Shown here: positions 1 through 7,474 of the stretch, in pieces
How the letters are laid out: the number at the start of each line of letters is the position of its first letter
How positions within the stretch are numbered: the stretch's first letter is position 1
Assembly: GCF_016806735.1 (NCBI RefSeq)
Contig: NZ_CP060530.1
Location: forward strand, 720,001 to 752,000
From: Candidatus Micrarchaeum sp.
Lineage (GTDB): Archaea; Micrarchaeota; Micrarchaeia; Micrarchaeales; Micrarchaeaceae
Direction of reading: 5' to 3'
DNA: 32,000 bases
Notes under the pieces: model-generated
What the model was told of the DNA's origin: nothing
Databases searched by the model: none
The model's input: only the letters and a program-made list of their open reading frames with translations
Position numbers and translations under genes: made by a program

Positions 1-693
1 ATTAAGCACAATACTTTGCCTTGGTGTTTGTGATAGGTTAACTATATTATTTACCCAACATGTAGTGTTACGGGCAGTTGCATTAACGTAATAAAATCCA
101 CTCACATTATATTGCGCAGAGAAGCAAGTTTGTCCAAAATAACAATTTGTATAGTCTGTAATAGTTATCTGATCTGTCCAGTTTGCAGTCTGAAAGACAA
201 CCTTCGAGTTATATGTTATCGATGGATAATACAAGAAGATGTAGGCAAGAATTAGTGGTACAACTATAAATGCAATCACATAGCCAATCATTTGTTTTTT
301 CCTAGATGCAGAGATTATTTCGCCACTGCTCATTATTATGCCCCCAGCCAAAGCGACCAAAGGACCTATAAAAATATTAGACAACGTAGCAGCAGATGCA
401 TATAGCCACATTACTGAACCAATACTAACTACAATACCTCGCCTTATAATTAACCCAATTGGGATTGCAAATAGAGTTAATAAGATTGCCAATTGAGGTA
501 GTGAAGTAACGGTTAGTCCTTGGCCTGCTAATACACCAAATGCACCAAAACCAAATATCGAAAATATTACATCATAATAAAATGTTGCTAGACTTGTTGG
601 TGAACCAGCAAAAATCATCCACTCTACAAATAAAGAGATAAATACGATTATTGCACCAAAGAAAATTATTCCTTGGGCACCCCTTATATGCAT
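1..693 (-). CDS. multi-pass membrane protein of unknown function, incomplete at the window edge
   Basis: Not in the supplied track because no stop lies inside the window. I read all 231 minus-strand codons by hand: ATG at 693-691, upstream in-frame TGA at 714-712, no stop down to base 1. The translation MHIRGAQGIIFFGAIIVFISLFVEWMIFAG... has several hydrophobic spans followed by a polar N/T/C-rich region. About 32% GC. Confidence 0.6.
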   Translation of the reverse strand, partial: MHIRGAQGIIFFGAIIVFISLFVEWMIFAGSPTSLATFYYDVIFSIFGFGAFGVLAGQGLTVTSLPQLAILLTLFAIPIGLIIRRGIVVSIGSVMWLYASAATLSNIFIGPLVALAGGIIMSSGEIISASRKKQMIGYVIAFIVVPLILAYIFLYYPSITYNSKVVFQTANWTDQITITDYTNCYFGQTCFSAQYNVSGFYYVNATARNTTCWVNNIVNLSQTPRQSIVLN

Positions 694-970
694 GTTAGAA
701 CCTTCTAAAATTCATAATTGCTATGTTTTATACTTATGATGTGACTCGGGATAATTTTTCATTTTTCTGCCTACTTTTGTTTTTCGCTGTATATAGTACT
801 TGATTTTGCTTTATTTATCTTTGTAATATAATAATTTCAGCAGGAAACTTTTTACATTTTTTGAATTGCTAAAACTATTTTAGAATTATGCTTTAAAGAA
901 ACATGAAATTTTCCGATGGCAGATTTTTGCTTCGACGCCAAAAATAGTGGTGCAAAATCTCTTCACTAGA

Positions 971-999
971 TATAACTCCTAAACAGAATAGGGAGTAAG
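971..999. repeat. left copy of an imperfect direct repeat that matches the 3' end of tRNA-Pro plus its 3' flank (att-like)
   Basis: tataactcct-aaacagaat-a-gggagta-ag aligns with tataaccccc(at)aaacagaat-g-gggagta-gg at 4051-4081. Roughly 27 of 31 aligned positions match, with one 2-nt indel (hand alignment). Confidence 0.45.
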
Positions 1000-1177
1000 C
1001 TAATCGCCTGTAAAATGGACGTTGTGGAATGTATATCACTTGCTATATTTCGGTATACAATTCTGTGTGCTTATTGTGCTGATTATTATATACTTATCAA
1101 GCTTAAATTTAACATGCCAGAACTCTGAATAAATTTGGATACACAGATATTAGCAATAAGATGCTTAGATTAACGCA

Positions 1178-1313
1178 ATGAGACCGCAAAAAGTTAGGCA
1201 TAAATAAGTCAACTCTGTAGTATATGCAGAAGCACATAAGAGAAGGCAAGAGAATCAAGGTTTATGGCAAAGTTAGGGTAAAATTAAATAGTGTTGTTTA
1301 TGGGTTTATTTGA
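1178..1313 (+). pseudogene. degenerate paralogue of the small basic HTH-like gene at 2345-2554
   Basis: The frame through 1188-1313 reads KKLGINKSTL*YMQKHIREGKRIKVYGKVRVKLN, with an in-frame TAG at 1218-1220. It resembles IGLSKMQMFRLKKKIKEGKKIVLKRKTVKKL in the 69-aa ORF. The only upstream ATG (1178) is in another frame. An intact 29-codon ORF remains at 1224-1313. Confidence 0.3.
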
Positions 1314-2328
1314 TAGATTTAAAGAAGCAAATAACTTTATTAGCAAGCTTTCAAATGACTTGTTTAAATGCAACATTTGTGGCATGCTCAGCAAGAATCA
1401 ACAGTCTATGCAAAATCACGTTGCTGGATTCCACAGCGAATACGTATTCTATAAACGTAAATATGGAAAAATTCCAGATATAGCAACAACCACTTGGATT
1501 AATATTTATTATAGAATATTGTATATGCCGCCTTTAAATTGGTCTGATAAACAGATAGAACTGGCTGCGAGCACGAATAAAGGCTTTATTATGAATGTTA
1601 CAAGAAGCATTCGACGGGTAGTTATTGATGGAAAAACAATTGGATATGTTAATCCTGTTTTAGGTGTAAATCCTCTTTTTAACTCACCCCCTCTTTATGG
1701 CCGACGTGCGTATATTCTTTTAGATCCGATTAACGGTAATACTTTTCCAGTTTCTAGAGAAGTTTTTGAAAGTATCAGTAAAGGAACGGCTTTAGAATAT
1801 CCCTTCCGTAGAGTTCACACAGTTAAGAGTACACCATTAAATGGGAATCAGAAACTAGTTGAGTTTTTAATTAGATTTAGAGAAGGAGGCTGGAACGGCC
1901 TGAGACTAGAGGATAAGAAAATACGTACTAAAGAGATACTTCCAACAGAAAGAATAACCTACGGTTATTCACCTTTAGATTTTATTCCAGATGCAAATAT
2001 GTTTATTGAGCTAGATAAAGCCTTGACGAAGGCGTTTAATATCGTGGATTTCAAATTTACTACAGTGACAGTCTTCTTTGATGAAACCGGCGAACCTTGC
2101 GTTCAAGCTAGGATTGGTGGAACGCTATACGTAGAACACCGCATAGTTGATAGAATTAAATTAGCAAAAGAAGCACCAGAAATAGAAAAAGCATGTTTTG
2201 GAGATAAAGGATTAACGGATTTTATCGAATTTGAGAAAAATTATGTAGAGAAGAATAAAGGAAAAGACACAGAGACGATTAAAGAATGGTTAAATGCAGT
2301 GAACAAACTTATGAAGATAAAAACCTAA
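1300..2328 (+). CDS. hypothetical protein with an N-terminal C2H2 zinc finger
   Basis: Track ORF 1291-2328 starts at GTG; the first ATG is at 1300. CNICGMLSKNQQSMQNHVAGFH fits C-x2-C-x12-H-x4-H (nt 1369-1434). The remaining ~290 aa have no motif I recognise. Confidence 0.7.
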   Translation: MGLFDRFKEANNFISKLSNDLFKCNICGMLSKNQQSMQNHVAGFHSEYVFYKRKYGKIPDIATTTWINIYYRILYMPPLNWSDKQIELAASTNKGFIMNVTRSIRRVVIDGKTIGYVNPVLGVNPLFNSPPLYGRRAYILLDPINGNTFPVSREVFESISKGTALEYPFRRVHTVKSTPLNGNQKLVEFLIRFREGGWNGLRLEDKKIRTKEILPTERITYGYSPLDFIPDANMFIELDKALTKAFNIVDFKFTTVTVFFDETGEPCVQARIGGTLYVEHRIVDRIKLAKEAPEIEKACFGDKGLTDFIEFEKNYVEKNKGKDTETIKEWLNAVNKLMKIKT

Positions 2329-2344
2329 ATCTCTCACTTTTGTA

Positions 2345-2554
2345 ATGTTCAGTGATAACATAGGTAGGTTGCTTATGCAGGAGAGAATGGCGGTAAAAAA
2401 GGTAGTAGCAGAGTTTATTAAGAATATGATAACAAAAGACGCCATACACATCGGACTATCGAAAATGCAGATGTTCAGGTTGAAGAAAAAGATAAAAGAA
2501 GGAAAAAAGATAGTGTTAAAAAGGAAAACGGTAAAGAAGTTAACGAGGGCGTAG
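2345..2554 (+). CDS. small lysine-rich, probably DNA-binding (HTH-like) protein
   Basis: 69-aa ORF. An alternative start is ATG 2375 (MQERMAVKK...), preceded by aggtag. The C-terminal half is very basic (RLKKKIKEGKKIVLKRKTVKKL). The stop lies 2 nt before the next gene's GTG start. Confidence 0.5.
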   Translation: MFSDNIGRLLMQERMAVKKVVAEFIKNMITKDAIHIGLSKMQMFRLKKKIKEGKKIVLKRKTVKKLTRA

Positions 2555-2556
2555 AC

Positions 2557-3387
2557 GTGAAAACACCAGAATTGGTAGTAAGGCCACTTAATTTTACTCT
2601 GAGCAAAAAGGTAACTTTCCCTATAGCAAATGAAGACCTTACACCTATAGCTAAGCACTTAAGAAAATTAAGAGGTATGAGATACTACCTCGGAATCTGT
2701 GGAGGCGGAACTCAAAATCTGTATCTTTTTCAGATACTAGATAAGTCGAATAAATTTAAATGGAGACGACTTATAGACAACGATAAGGAACAACTGCTAA
2801 ACTTTATGGATATAAAAGATGCTCTTCTGTATTCAAATGGCGACCTTCATTATCTATCAAATCTCGCTAAACGCCAACATGCAGTTGAAGGGATTTATTC
2901 CAGATACTTCTATTTCCTTTTTAAAAACAAGTCTCGTGGCTTTGAAGAAACAAATCTGAAAAGACCGAGACTAAAGGATATGGAGATAGAATTGGTCTAT
3001 AGTGAATTTTTGAACTATATTACGAATGAAAAACTGCCAAGAGGAAAATATTTTATTTATCTTTCCAACATATTTGGTTATACAAAAATGTCTCGAAGAC
3101 TATGGTGGATAAGGAGATTGACTATATTAAAAGAAATACCACATGGTAATTTTAAAACACTTAAATTGAGGGCAGAATTGAGGTACACACTCAAAGAGCT
3201 TCAAAGTACAGTAGCCAAAAATAAGAACATACTTGATGGTTCAGTAATGTTAGTGTGGATAGGAGGTGTAAAACTGAGAACAAAATCTAAAAGTATCGTA
3301 TTGTTTAAGAAAACAAATGGAAAGATAGAGATACTTACTGAAGTATCAATAACCGACAACGATAACCACATTTGGTCGAGAATATGA
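2557..3387 (+). CDS. hypothetical protein (276 aa), island-encoded
   Basis: Long ORF with a GTG start immediately after the upstream stop. Its stop overlaps the next start (ATGA). No catalytic motif was recognised. I looked for tyrosine-recombinase R..HxxR..Y and HUH Rep motifs and found none convincing. Confidence 0.6.
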   Translation: MKTPELVVRPLNFTLSKKVTFPIANEDLTPIAKHLRKLRGMRYYLGICGGGTQNLYLFQILDKSNKFKWRRLIDNDKEQLLNFMDIKDALLYSNGDLHYLSNLAKRQHAVEGIYSRYFYFLFKNKSRGFEETNLKRPRLKDMEIELVYSEFLNYITNEKLPRGKYFIYLSNIFGYTKMSRRLWWIRRLTILKEIPHGNFKTLKLRAELRYTLKELQSTVAKNKNILDGSVMLVWIGGVKLRTKSKSIVLFKKTNGKIEILTEVSITDNDNHIWSRI

Positions 3388-3668
3388 GATTCTTTGGTAA
3401 CAGTATGTTTCCAACACTAAAATCAGGTAAACCAGTAAAAATTATCCCAATCAGACATTGTACTTATAAAGATGTTAAAGTCGGTGATATAGTTTCTTAT
3501 TGGTCTAGCGGTTTTAATAGAGATGGAAAACCTCGCTTTTGGCATAAAGCAAACGTAGTCCATCGAATAATTGGTAAAACTCCAACATGCGCCTTAATCA
3601 AGGGAGATAACAGAGAATATGTAGAAAAAGTGTTCTACAATAAGATAAACGGCAAAATTCTACTTTAG
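3384..3668 (+). CDS. miniature type I signal-peptidase-like (S26/S24-fold) protein without a membrane anchor
   Basis: The 94-aa protein MRFFGNSMFPTLKSG...VKVGDIVSY...VVHRIIGK...IKGDNRE carries the conserved signal-peptidase boxes in canonical order: SM-PTL with the Ser nucleophile, GDIV, HR-I-G at the general-base position, and GDN. ATG 3384 overlaps the upstream TGA. The track starts at TTG 3372. Confidence 0.6.
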   Translation: MRFFGNSMFPTLKSGKPVKIIPIRHCTYKDVKVGDIVSYWSSGFNRDGKPRFWHKANVVHRIIGKTPTCALIKGDNREYVEKVFYNKINGKILL

Positions 3669-3678
3669 TTTTGTAACA

Positions 3679-3954
3679 ATGATATTATGTCTTACATTAC
3701 CGCCCCTTCTGTTGCGTGATAGTTACGTAACAACCGCAAACAATACTTGCCAATATGAATGTGGTGCTGATTACTTTTGTAATGTTGATAGTTCTTGCTA
3801 CAACAATAAATGTGTTTCGTGTAATTCTGGCTATGTATTAGGCAGTGATGGACTATGCCATCAAGAATGTGGCAGTTCAACAACTCACTGTACTGGTTCA
3901 AATTCATACTGCTATAATAATCAGTTTGTGTCGTGTCCTACGGGTTCTATTTAA
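3679..3954 (+). CDS. Cys-rich small secreted protein with an internal duplication
   Basis: It has a hydrophobic N-terminus (MILCLTLPPLLL) followed by two related modules, CQYECGADYFCNVDSSCYNNKCVSCNSG and CHQECGSSTTHCTGSNSYCYNNQFVSCPTG. There are 12 Cys in 91 aa. Confidence 0.55.
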   Translation: MILCLTLPPLLLRDSYVTTANNTCQYECGADYFCNVDSSCYNNKCVSCNSGYVLGSDGLCHQECGSSTTHCTGSNSYCYNNQFVSCPTGSI

Positions 3955-4050
3955 GGACTAATAGTCAATGCTATTACAGTTAGACTGCAATCCCTCTCTT
4001 TCTCCGTGCTAAAGCTATGTTGGAAGAAGGCAACATTTGGGGCTTCTATA

Positions 4051-4081
4051 TATAACCCCCATAAACAGAATGGGGAGTAGG
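4051..4081. repeat. right copy of the att-like direct repeat, overlapping the last ~10 nt of tRNA-Pro
   Basis: See 971-999. This copy spans the tRNA 3' acceptor strand (4071-4080) and about 20 nt of 3' flank. Confidence 0.45.
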
Positions 4082-4143
4082 AGATTTGAACTCCTATAGC
4101 GAGCGCCCAAGGCTCGCAGTCTGCCAGGTTAGCGTAACTCCCC
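4071..4143 (-). tRNA. tRNA-Pro (anticodon UGG); CCA not encoded
   Basis: Minus-strand sequence: GGGGAGTTACGCTAACCTGGCAGACTGCGAGCCTTGGGCGCTCGCTATAGGAGTTCAAATCTCCTACTCCCCA. It has a perfect 7-bp acceptor stem, a 5-bp anticodon stem CGAGC/GCTCG with loop CTTGGGC, and a T-arm AGGAG-TTCAAAT-CTCCT. The D-loop has the GG, but the D-stem pairs poorly (see findings). Confidence 0.75.
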
Positions 4144-4185
4144 TTTTGCAGTATTTATTAGTCGAATGCTTTTTTATTACTTTGT

Positions 4186-6165
4186 TTACCAGAGATTCAC
4201 GTTGTCGTGCTTGGTTGCTATCGTTCTTTTTTTGCTTAGCTCCTTGAATTCCTTTTGGAACGACTCGTGGGTTATTGCAGGAATCAATCCCCTGAATTTT
4301 TCTGGAGAATGCGGGTCTATAAGTACTAGCCTCTTCGACTCTTCCGGCCTTGCCTTGCCCTTGTACATCTGCGCCCAGGCTATGAAGAACCTTTGCTCCT
4401 GCGTGAAACCGTCAATCAGCTTTTCTTTGTATCCGCTTTTCTTTAACGCCATCTTAAGCGCGTCGAAAGCTATGTTTATGCCGCCCAAATCTGCTATGTT
4501 CTCTCCCAATGTGAGCTTGCCGTTTACCTTTAGGCCAGGCATCACCTCCAATGAGCCGTAAAGCCTTGCGACCTTCTCTGCCTTTGATTTAAACTTGTTT
4601 TCATCAGTCTTCCGCCACCATCCCTTCAGGTTGCCCTTCTTGTCATAGCGGCTGCCCTGGTCGTCGAACCCGTGCGTCATCTCATGACCTATGACTCCGC
4701 CTATGCATGCATAGTTAACTGCATCGTCCTTGTTTGCGTCGAAGAACGGAGGCTGGAATATCCCGGCAGGAAATACGATCTCGTTTAGCGAGGGATTGTA
4801 GTACGCGTTGACTGTGGGAGGAGTCATTCCCCATTCGTTCCTGTCGACTGGCTTCCCTATTCTTGATATGTCCCTGTCGAATTCGAACGCATAGGCCATC
4901 TGGAAGTTCCTTACCAAGTCGTCCCTTTTTAATAGGAGCTTTGAATAATCCCTGAATTTCTTCGGATATCCTATCTTCTGGTTTATCGAAGCGAGCTTGT
5001 CCAATGCCTTCTTCTTTGTCTGCTCAGACATCCAGTCTATCTTTTTTATCCTTTCCGCGAAAGAGCTTCTCACGTTGGCAACAAGCTCATCTGCTTTCCT
5101 TTTTGTCTTTGCATCGAAGTTCTGTTTTACATAGAGCGCGCCGAGGGCCTCGCCTATCATGTAGTCGATGAGAGATACTCCGCGCTTCCAGCGCGGCCTT
5201 GGTGATTTCTGGCCGGATATTTTCCTGCCGAAGAAGCCGAAGTACTCATTGTAAACCGCCTTGTGCAAAAGCCCCGAATATGTGTGCAGCACTAACCACG
5301 TAAGATACGCCTTTGCCTTATTCAGCTCCAGTTCTGGAATCATCTTTTCCAATTTATCGAAGAATTCAGGCTGGCCTATTATTGCGTAGCTTATACTCTT
5401 TGCGCCTAGAGCCTTGTAGTATTCCTCTAGGCCCAATTTCTTGTACCTTGAGCTTATCTGCTTTATCGTCATTTTGTTGTAATTCTTCCTGTCGTCCCTG
5501 AGCTCTACGTTGGTGCGCTGGACCTTTGCCAATTCCGTCTCTATGTCCATTACGGCTTTTGCGTCAGCCATCGCATACGAAGGCTTCGAGCCATAGAGGG
5601 TGAAAACGCTCTTTATGTGTTTGACATATTCTTTTCGAAGCTCTGCGAACTTTGGGTTAAGGTAGTAATCCCTGTCAGGAAGCGAGGTTCCTCCCTGCCA
5701 CGTATAAAGCGCGTATATTTCACTGTTTTTTATGTCGGATGTTACGTAAGAGCTGAAGAAAGCGTTTACGCCGATGCGGGCCAGCTCTCCAAGCAGAGAA
5801 GGAATCTTTTCTATGCTTTCCATGTCCCTTATTTTTTTCATTATCGGCATTACGGGCTTGAATTTCAGCCTTTCTGCGAGATTCTCGTTCATGTACGAAG
5901 AGTAGAAATCGCCAACAAGGCGTTCTGTATGGCTATCGGGCTTGCCATTGGCGCATTTCTCTGCTATGTCCTTAAGTATGAGCATGTTGGCTTCGTAGAG
6001 TTCGTCGAAAGAACCTATTCTTGTCTTTTCTTTTGGTATGTCATGCGTTTTTAGCCAACTGCCGCTTGAGTAAGAATAGAAGTCGCCGAACGGGTCGACA
6101 GACCTGTCCATGTTTTTAACAGAAAACCCTATTTTATCCAATACTGATTTTTTATTGGCTGCCAT
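4186..6165 (-). CDS. pepO: M13-family zinc metalloendopeptidase (neprilysin/PepO-like)
   Basis: 659 aa. It has the HExxH motif in VIGHEMTHGFD and the family-typical GENIADLGG and NAYY motifs. No N-terminal hydrophobic segment is present. Confidence 0.92.
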   Translation of the reverse strand: MAANKKSVLDKIGFSVKNMDRSVDPFGDFYSYSSGSWLKTHDIPKEKTRIGSFDELYEANMLILKDIAEKCANGKPDSHTERLVGDFYSSYMNENLAERLKFKPVMPIMKKIRDMESIEKIPSLLGELARIGVNAFFSSYVTSDIKNSEIYALYTWQGGTSLPDRDYYLNPKFAELRKEYVKHIKSVFTLYGSKPSYAMADAKAVMDIETELAKVQRTNVELRDDRKNYNKMTIKQISSRYKKLGLEEYYKALGAKSISYAIIGQPEFFDKLEKMIPELELNKAKAYLTWLVLHTYSGLLHKAVYNEYFGFFGRKISGQKSPRPRWKRGVSLIDYMIGEALGALYVKQNFDAKTKRKADELVANVRSSFAERIKKIDWMSEQTKKKALDKLASINQKIGYPKKFRDYSKLLLKRDDLVRNFQMAYAFEFDRDISRIGKPVDRNEWGMTPPTVNAYYNPSLNEIVFPAGIFQPPFFDANKDDAVNYACIGGVIGHEMTHGFDDQGSRYDKKGNLKGWWRKTDENKFKSKAEKVARLYGSLEVMPGLKVNGKLTLGENIADLGGINIAFDALKMALKKSGYKEKLIDGFTQEQRFFIAWAQMYKGKARPEESKRLVLIDPHSPEKFRGLIPAITHESFQKEFKELSKKRTIATKHDNVNLW

Positions 6166-6189
6166 TTGATTACCGAATTGTTGCTCGTT

Positions 6190-6354
6190 TTAAGTCCTTC
6201 CACATCTTTCTTTTTTCTGTTCTTCGCTCCTATTTAGCTTTTTTAAGCTTGATGTCTCATCAGCCATCTCTCTCATTGCAATTGCGTAGGCAATCCCTTT
6301 TGTTTCTTTTTCAGGTGTTTCGAGTTTTTCCTCCCTGCACTTAAAAATCGGCAT
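6190..6354 (-). CDS. possible small protein (54 aa)
   Basis: Below the track's length cut-off; translated by hand as MPIFKCREEKLETPEKETKGIAYAIAMREMADETSSLKKLNRSEEQKKERCGRT*. A GAGG lies about 12 nt upstream of the ATG. It sits in an otherwise empty 330-bp gap between pepO and rfcS. Confidence 0.35.
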   Translation of the reverse strand: MPIFKCREEKLETPEKETKGIAYAIAMREMADETSSLKKLNRSEEQKKERCGRT

Positions 6355-6495
6355 ACTCGTTTTTGCCTCTTAACTAATTTAGCGGTTTCGCAAAAATGCG
6401 CGCATTTTTATGCCTTATTGCAGTGTTTTCTCCACGCACGTGCATAGTTAAATATTTTTACCCGAAAATAGTCAATGCTAATGCTGATGATTATC

Positions 6496-7461
6496 ATGCC
6501 GAATCTTGATTTGCCTTGGACGGAAAAATACAGGCCCAAAAGCCTTGAGGAAGTCATAGGCCAGAAGCCGATAGTTGAAAGGCTTAAGTCCTTCATAAAG
6601 GGCAGCAACTTCCCAAACATGATATTTGCCGGAAGCGCGGGAATAGGGAAGACCACATGCGCCATTGCACTTGCCCGGGACCTTTACGGGACGGATCTTG
6701 AAGGTGCCTTCAAAGAGCTGAACGCAAGCGATGCGAGGGGAATAGACGTAATAAGAGGAGAAGTAAAGAACTTCGCAAGGACCGTATCCATTGCCAGCGT
6801 GCCTGTAAAAATTATATTTTTGGATGAAGCTGACTCGCTTACCGCCGATGCGCAGCACGCGCTCAGGCGCACGATGGAGAAGTATTCATCCGAGACAAGG
6901 TTCATACTCAGCGCCAACTACGCCAGCAAGATAATAGAGCCCATACAGAGCAGGTGCGTAGTTTTCAGGTTCAAGCAGCTCACTTCGGCAGACATGCGCA
7001 AATATGTAGAAAGGATAGCAGGGGAAGAAGGGCTTGAGATGGATGACAAAGCGATTGAGGCGCTTATTTATGTTGGAGACGGAGACATGAGGAAGCTTAC
7101 CAACGTCCTGCAGAGCGCTGCGATGTTCTCAAAGAAGATAACTGAATCGGAAGTCTACAACGTAGCTTCAAGGGCAAGGCCTACGGAAATAATATCTATG
7201 CTCAAATACAGCGTCGAAGGCAACTTCGAGAAGGCAAGGGAGGAGCTTGACACGCTGATGCTGAAGCACGGGCTTGGCGCAGAAGACATACTGACCCAGT
7301 GCTACAGGGAAATACAGTCAATGAATATAGATGAAAGGGCCAAGCTCAAGACGATAAGTTACATAGGCGAATGCAACTTCAGGGTAGTTGAAGGAGCGAA
7401 TGAACGCATACAATTAGAAGCGTTCCTTGCAAACCTGTCTCTAATAGCCAAGGGCCAGTAG
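6496..7461 (+). CDS. rfcS: replication factor C small subunit
   Basis: PWTEKYRP N-terminal box, Walker A GSAGIGKTT, Walker B LDEADSLT, and the SRC motif (QSRCVVF). The track ORF starts at 6475. ATG 6496 (MPNLDLPW...) gives the usual N-terminal length. Confidence 0.93.
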   Translation: MPNLDLPWTEKYRPKSLEEVIGQKPIVERLKSFIKGSNFPNMIFAGSAGIGKTTCAIALARDLYGTDLEGAFKELNASDARGIDVIRGEVKNFARTVSIASVPVKIIFLDEADSLTADAQHALRRTMEKYSSETRFILSANYASKIIEPIQSRCVVFRFKQLTSADMRKYVERIAGEEGLEMDDKAIEALIYVGDGDMRKLTNVLQSAAMFSKKITESEVYNVASRARPTEIISMLKYSVEGNFEKAREELDTLMLKHGLGAEDILTQCYREIQSMNIDERAKLKTISYIGECNFRVVEGANERIQLEAFLANLSLIAKGQ

Positions 7462-7474
7462 GCATTTTGGAAAT

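Larger units (their letters stand above)
1000..4070. mobile_element. putative integrated element or genomic islet bracketed by att-like repeats, next to tRNA-Pro
   Basis: About 32% GC (samples 1-60 and 2701-2760) versus 45-55% in the core. It ends exactly at the tRNA 3' end and is flanked by direct repeats. All genes lie on one strand with coupled starts (GTG 2557 two nt after the stop at 2554; ATGA overlap at 3384-3387). No integrase was recognised, so the call is tentative. Confidence 0.35.

Noticed and set aside
2557-3387. The 276-aa island protein as the missing integrase or Rep.
   Set aside because: I could not find a tyrosine-recombinase R...H-x-x-R...Y arrangement, a serine-recombinase N-terminal motif or HUH/Y Rep motifs. 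It is left as hypothetical.
4166-6054. Track ORFs antisense to pepO (4166-4561, 5313-5501, 5617-6054). Similar shadow ORFs lie inside other large genes, for example 6478-6917, 7875-8417, 8998-9378, 10524-11141, 12742-13095, 13172-13612, 14302-15095, 23088-24832, 26410-27555 and 28989-29558.
   Set aside because: Each overlaps a longer ORF with strong family motifs on the opposite strand or in another frame. Their translations are low-complexity or R/S/C/L-rich, as is typical of antisense frames.
4186-6165. The M13 peptidase as a horizontally acquired or unusual gene.
   Set aside because: Its composition matches the core and it has all catalytic motifs. I cannot judge its phylogenetic distribution without a database search.
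6484-6489. TGATGA (C-box-like) motifs at 6484 and 30736 as possible C/D-box sRNAs.
   Set aside because: Both lie inside or at the start of protein-coding sequence. Neither has a matching CTGA D-box with terminal pairing at the expected distance.
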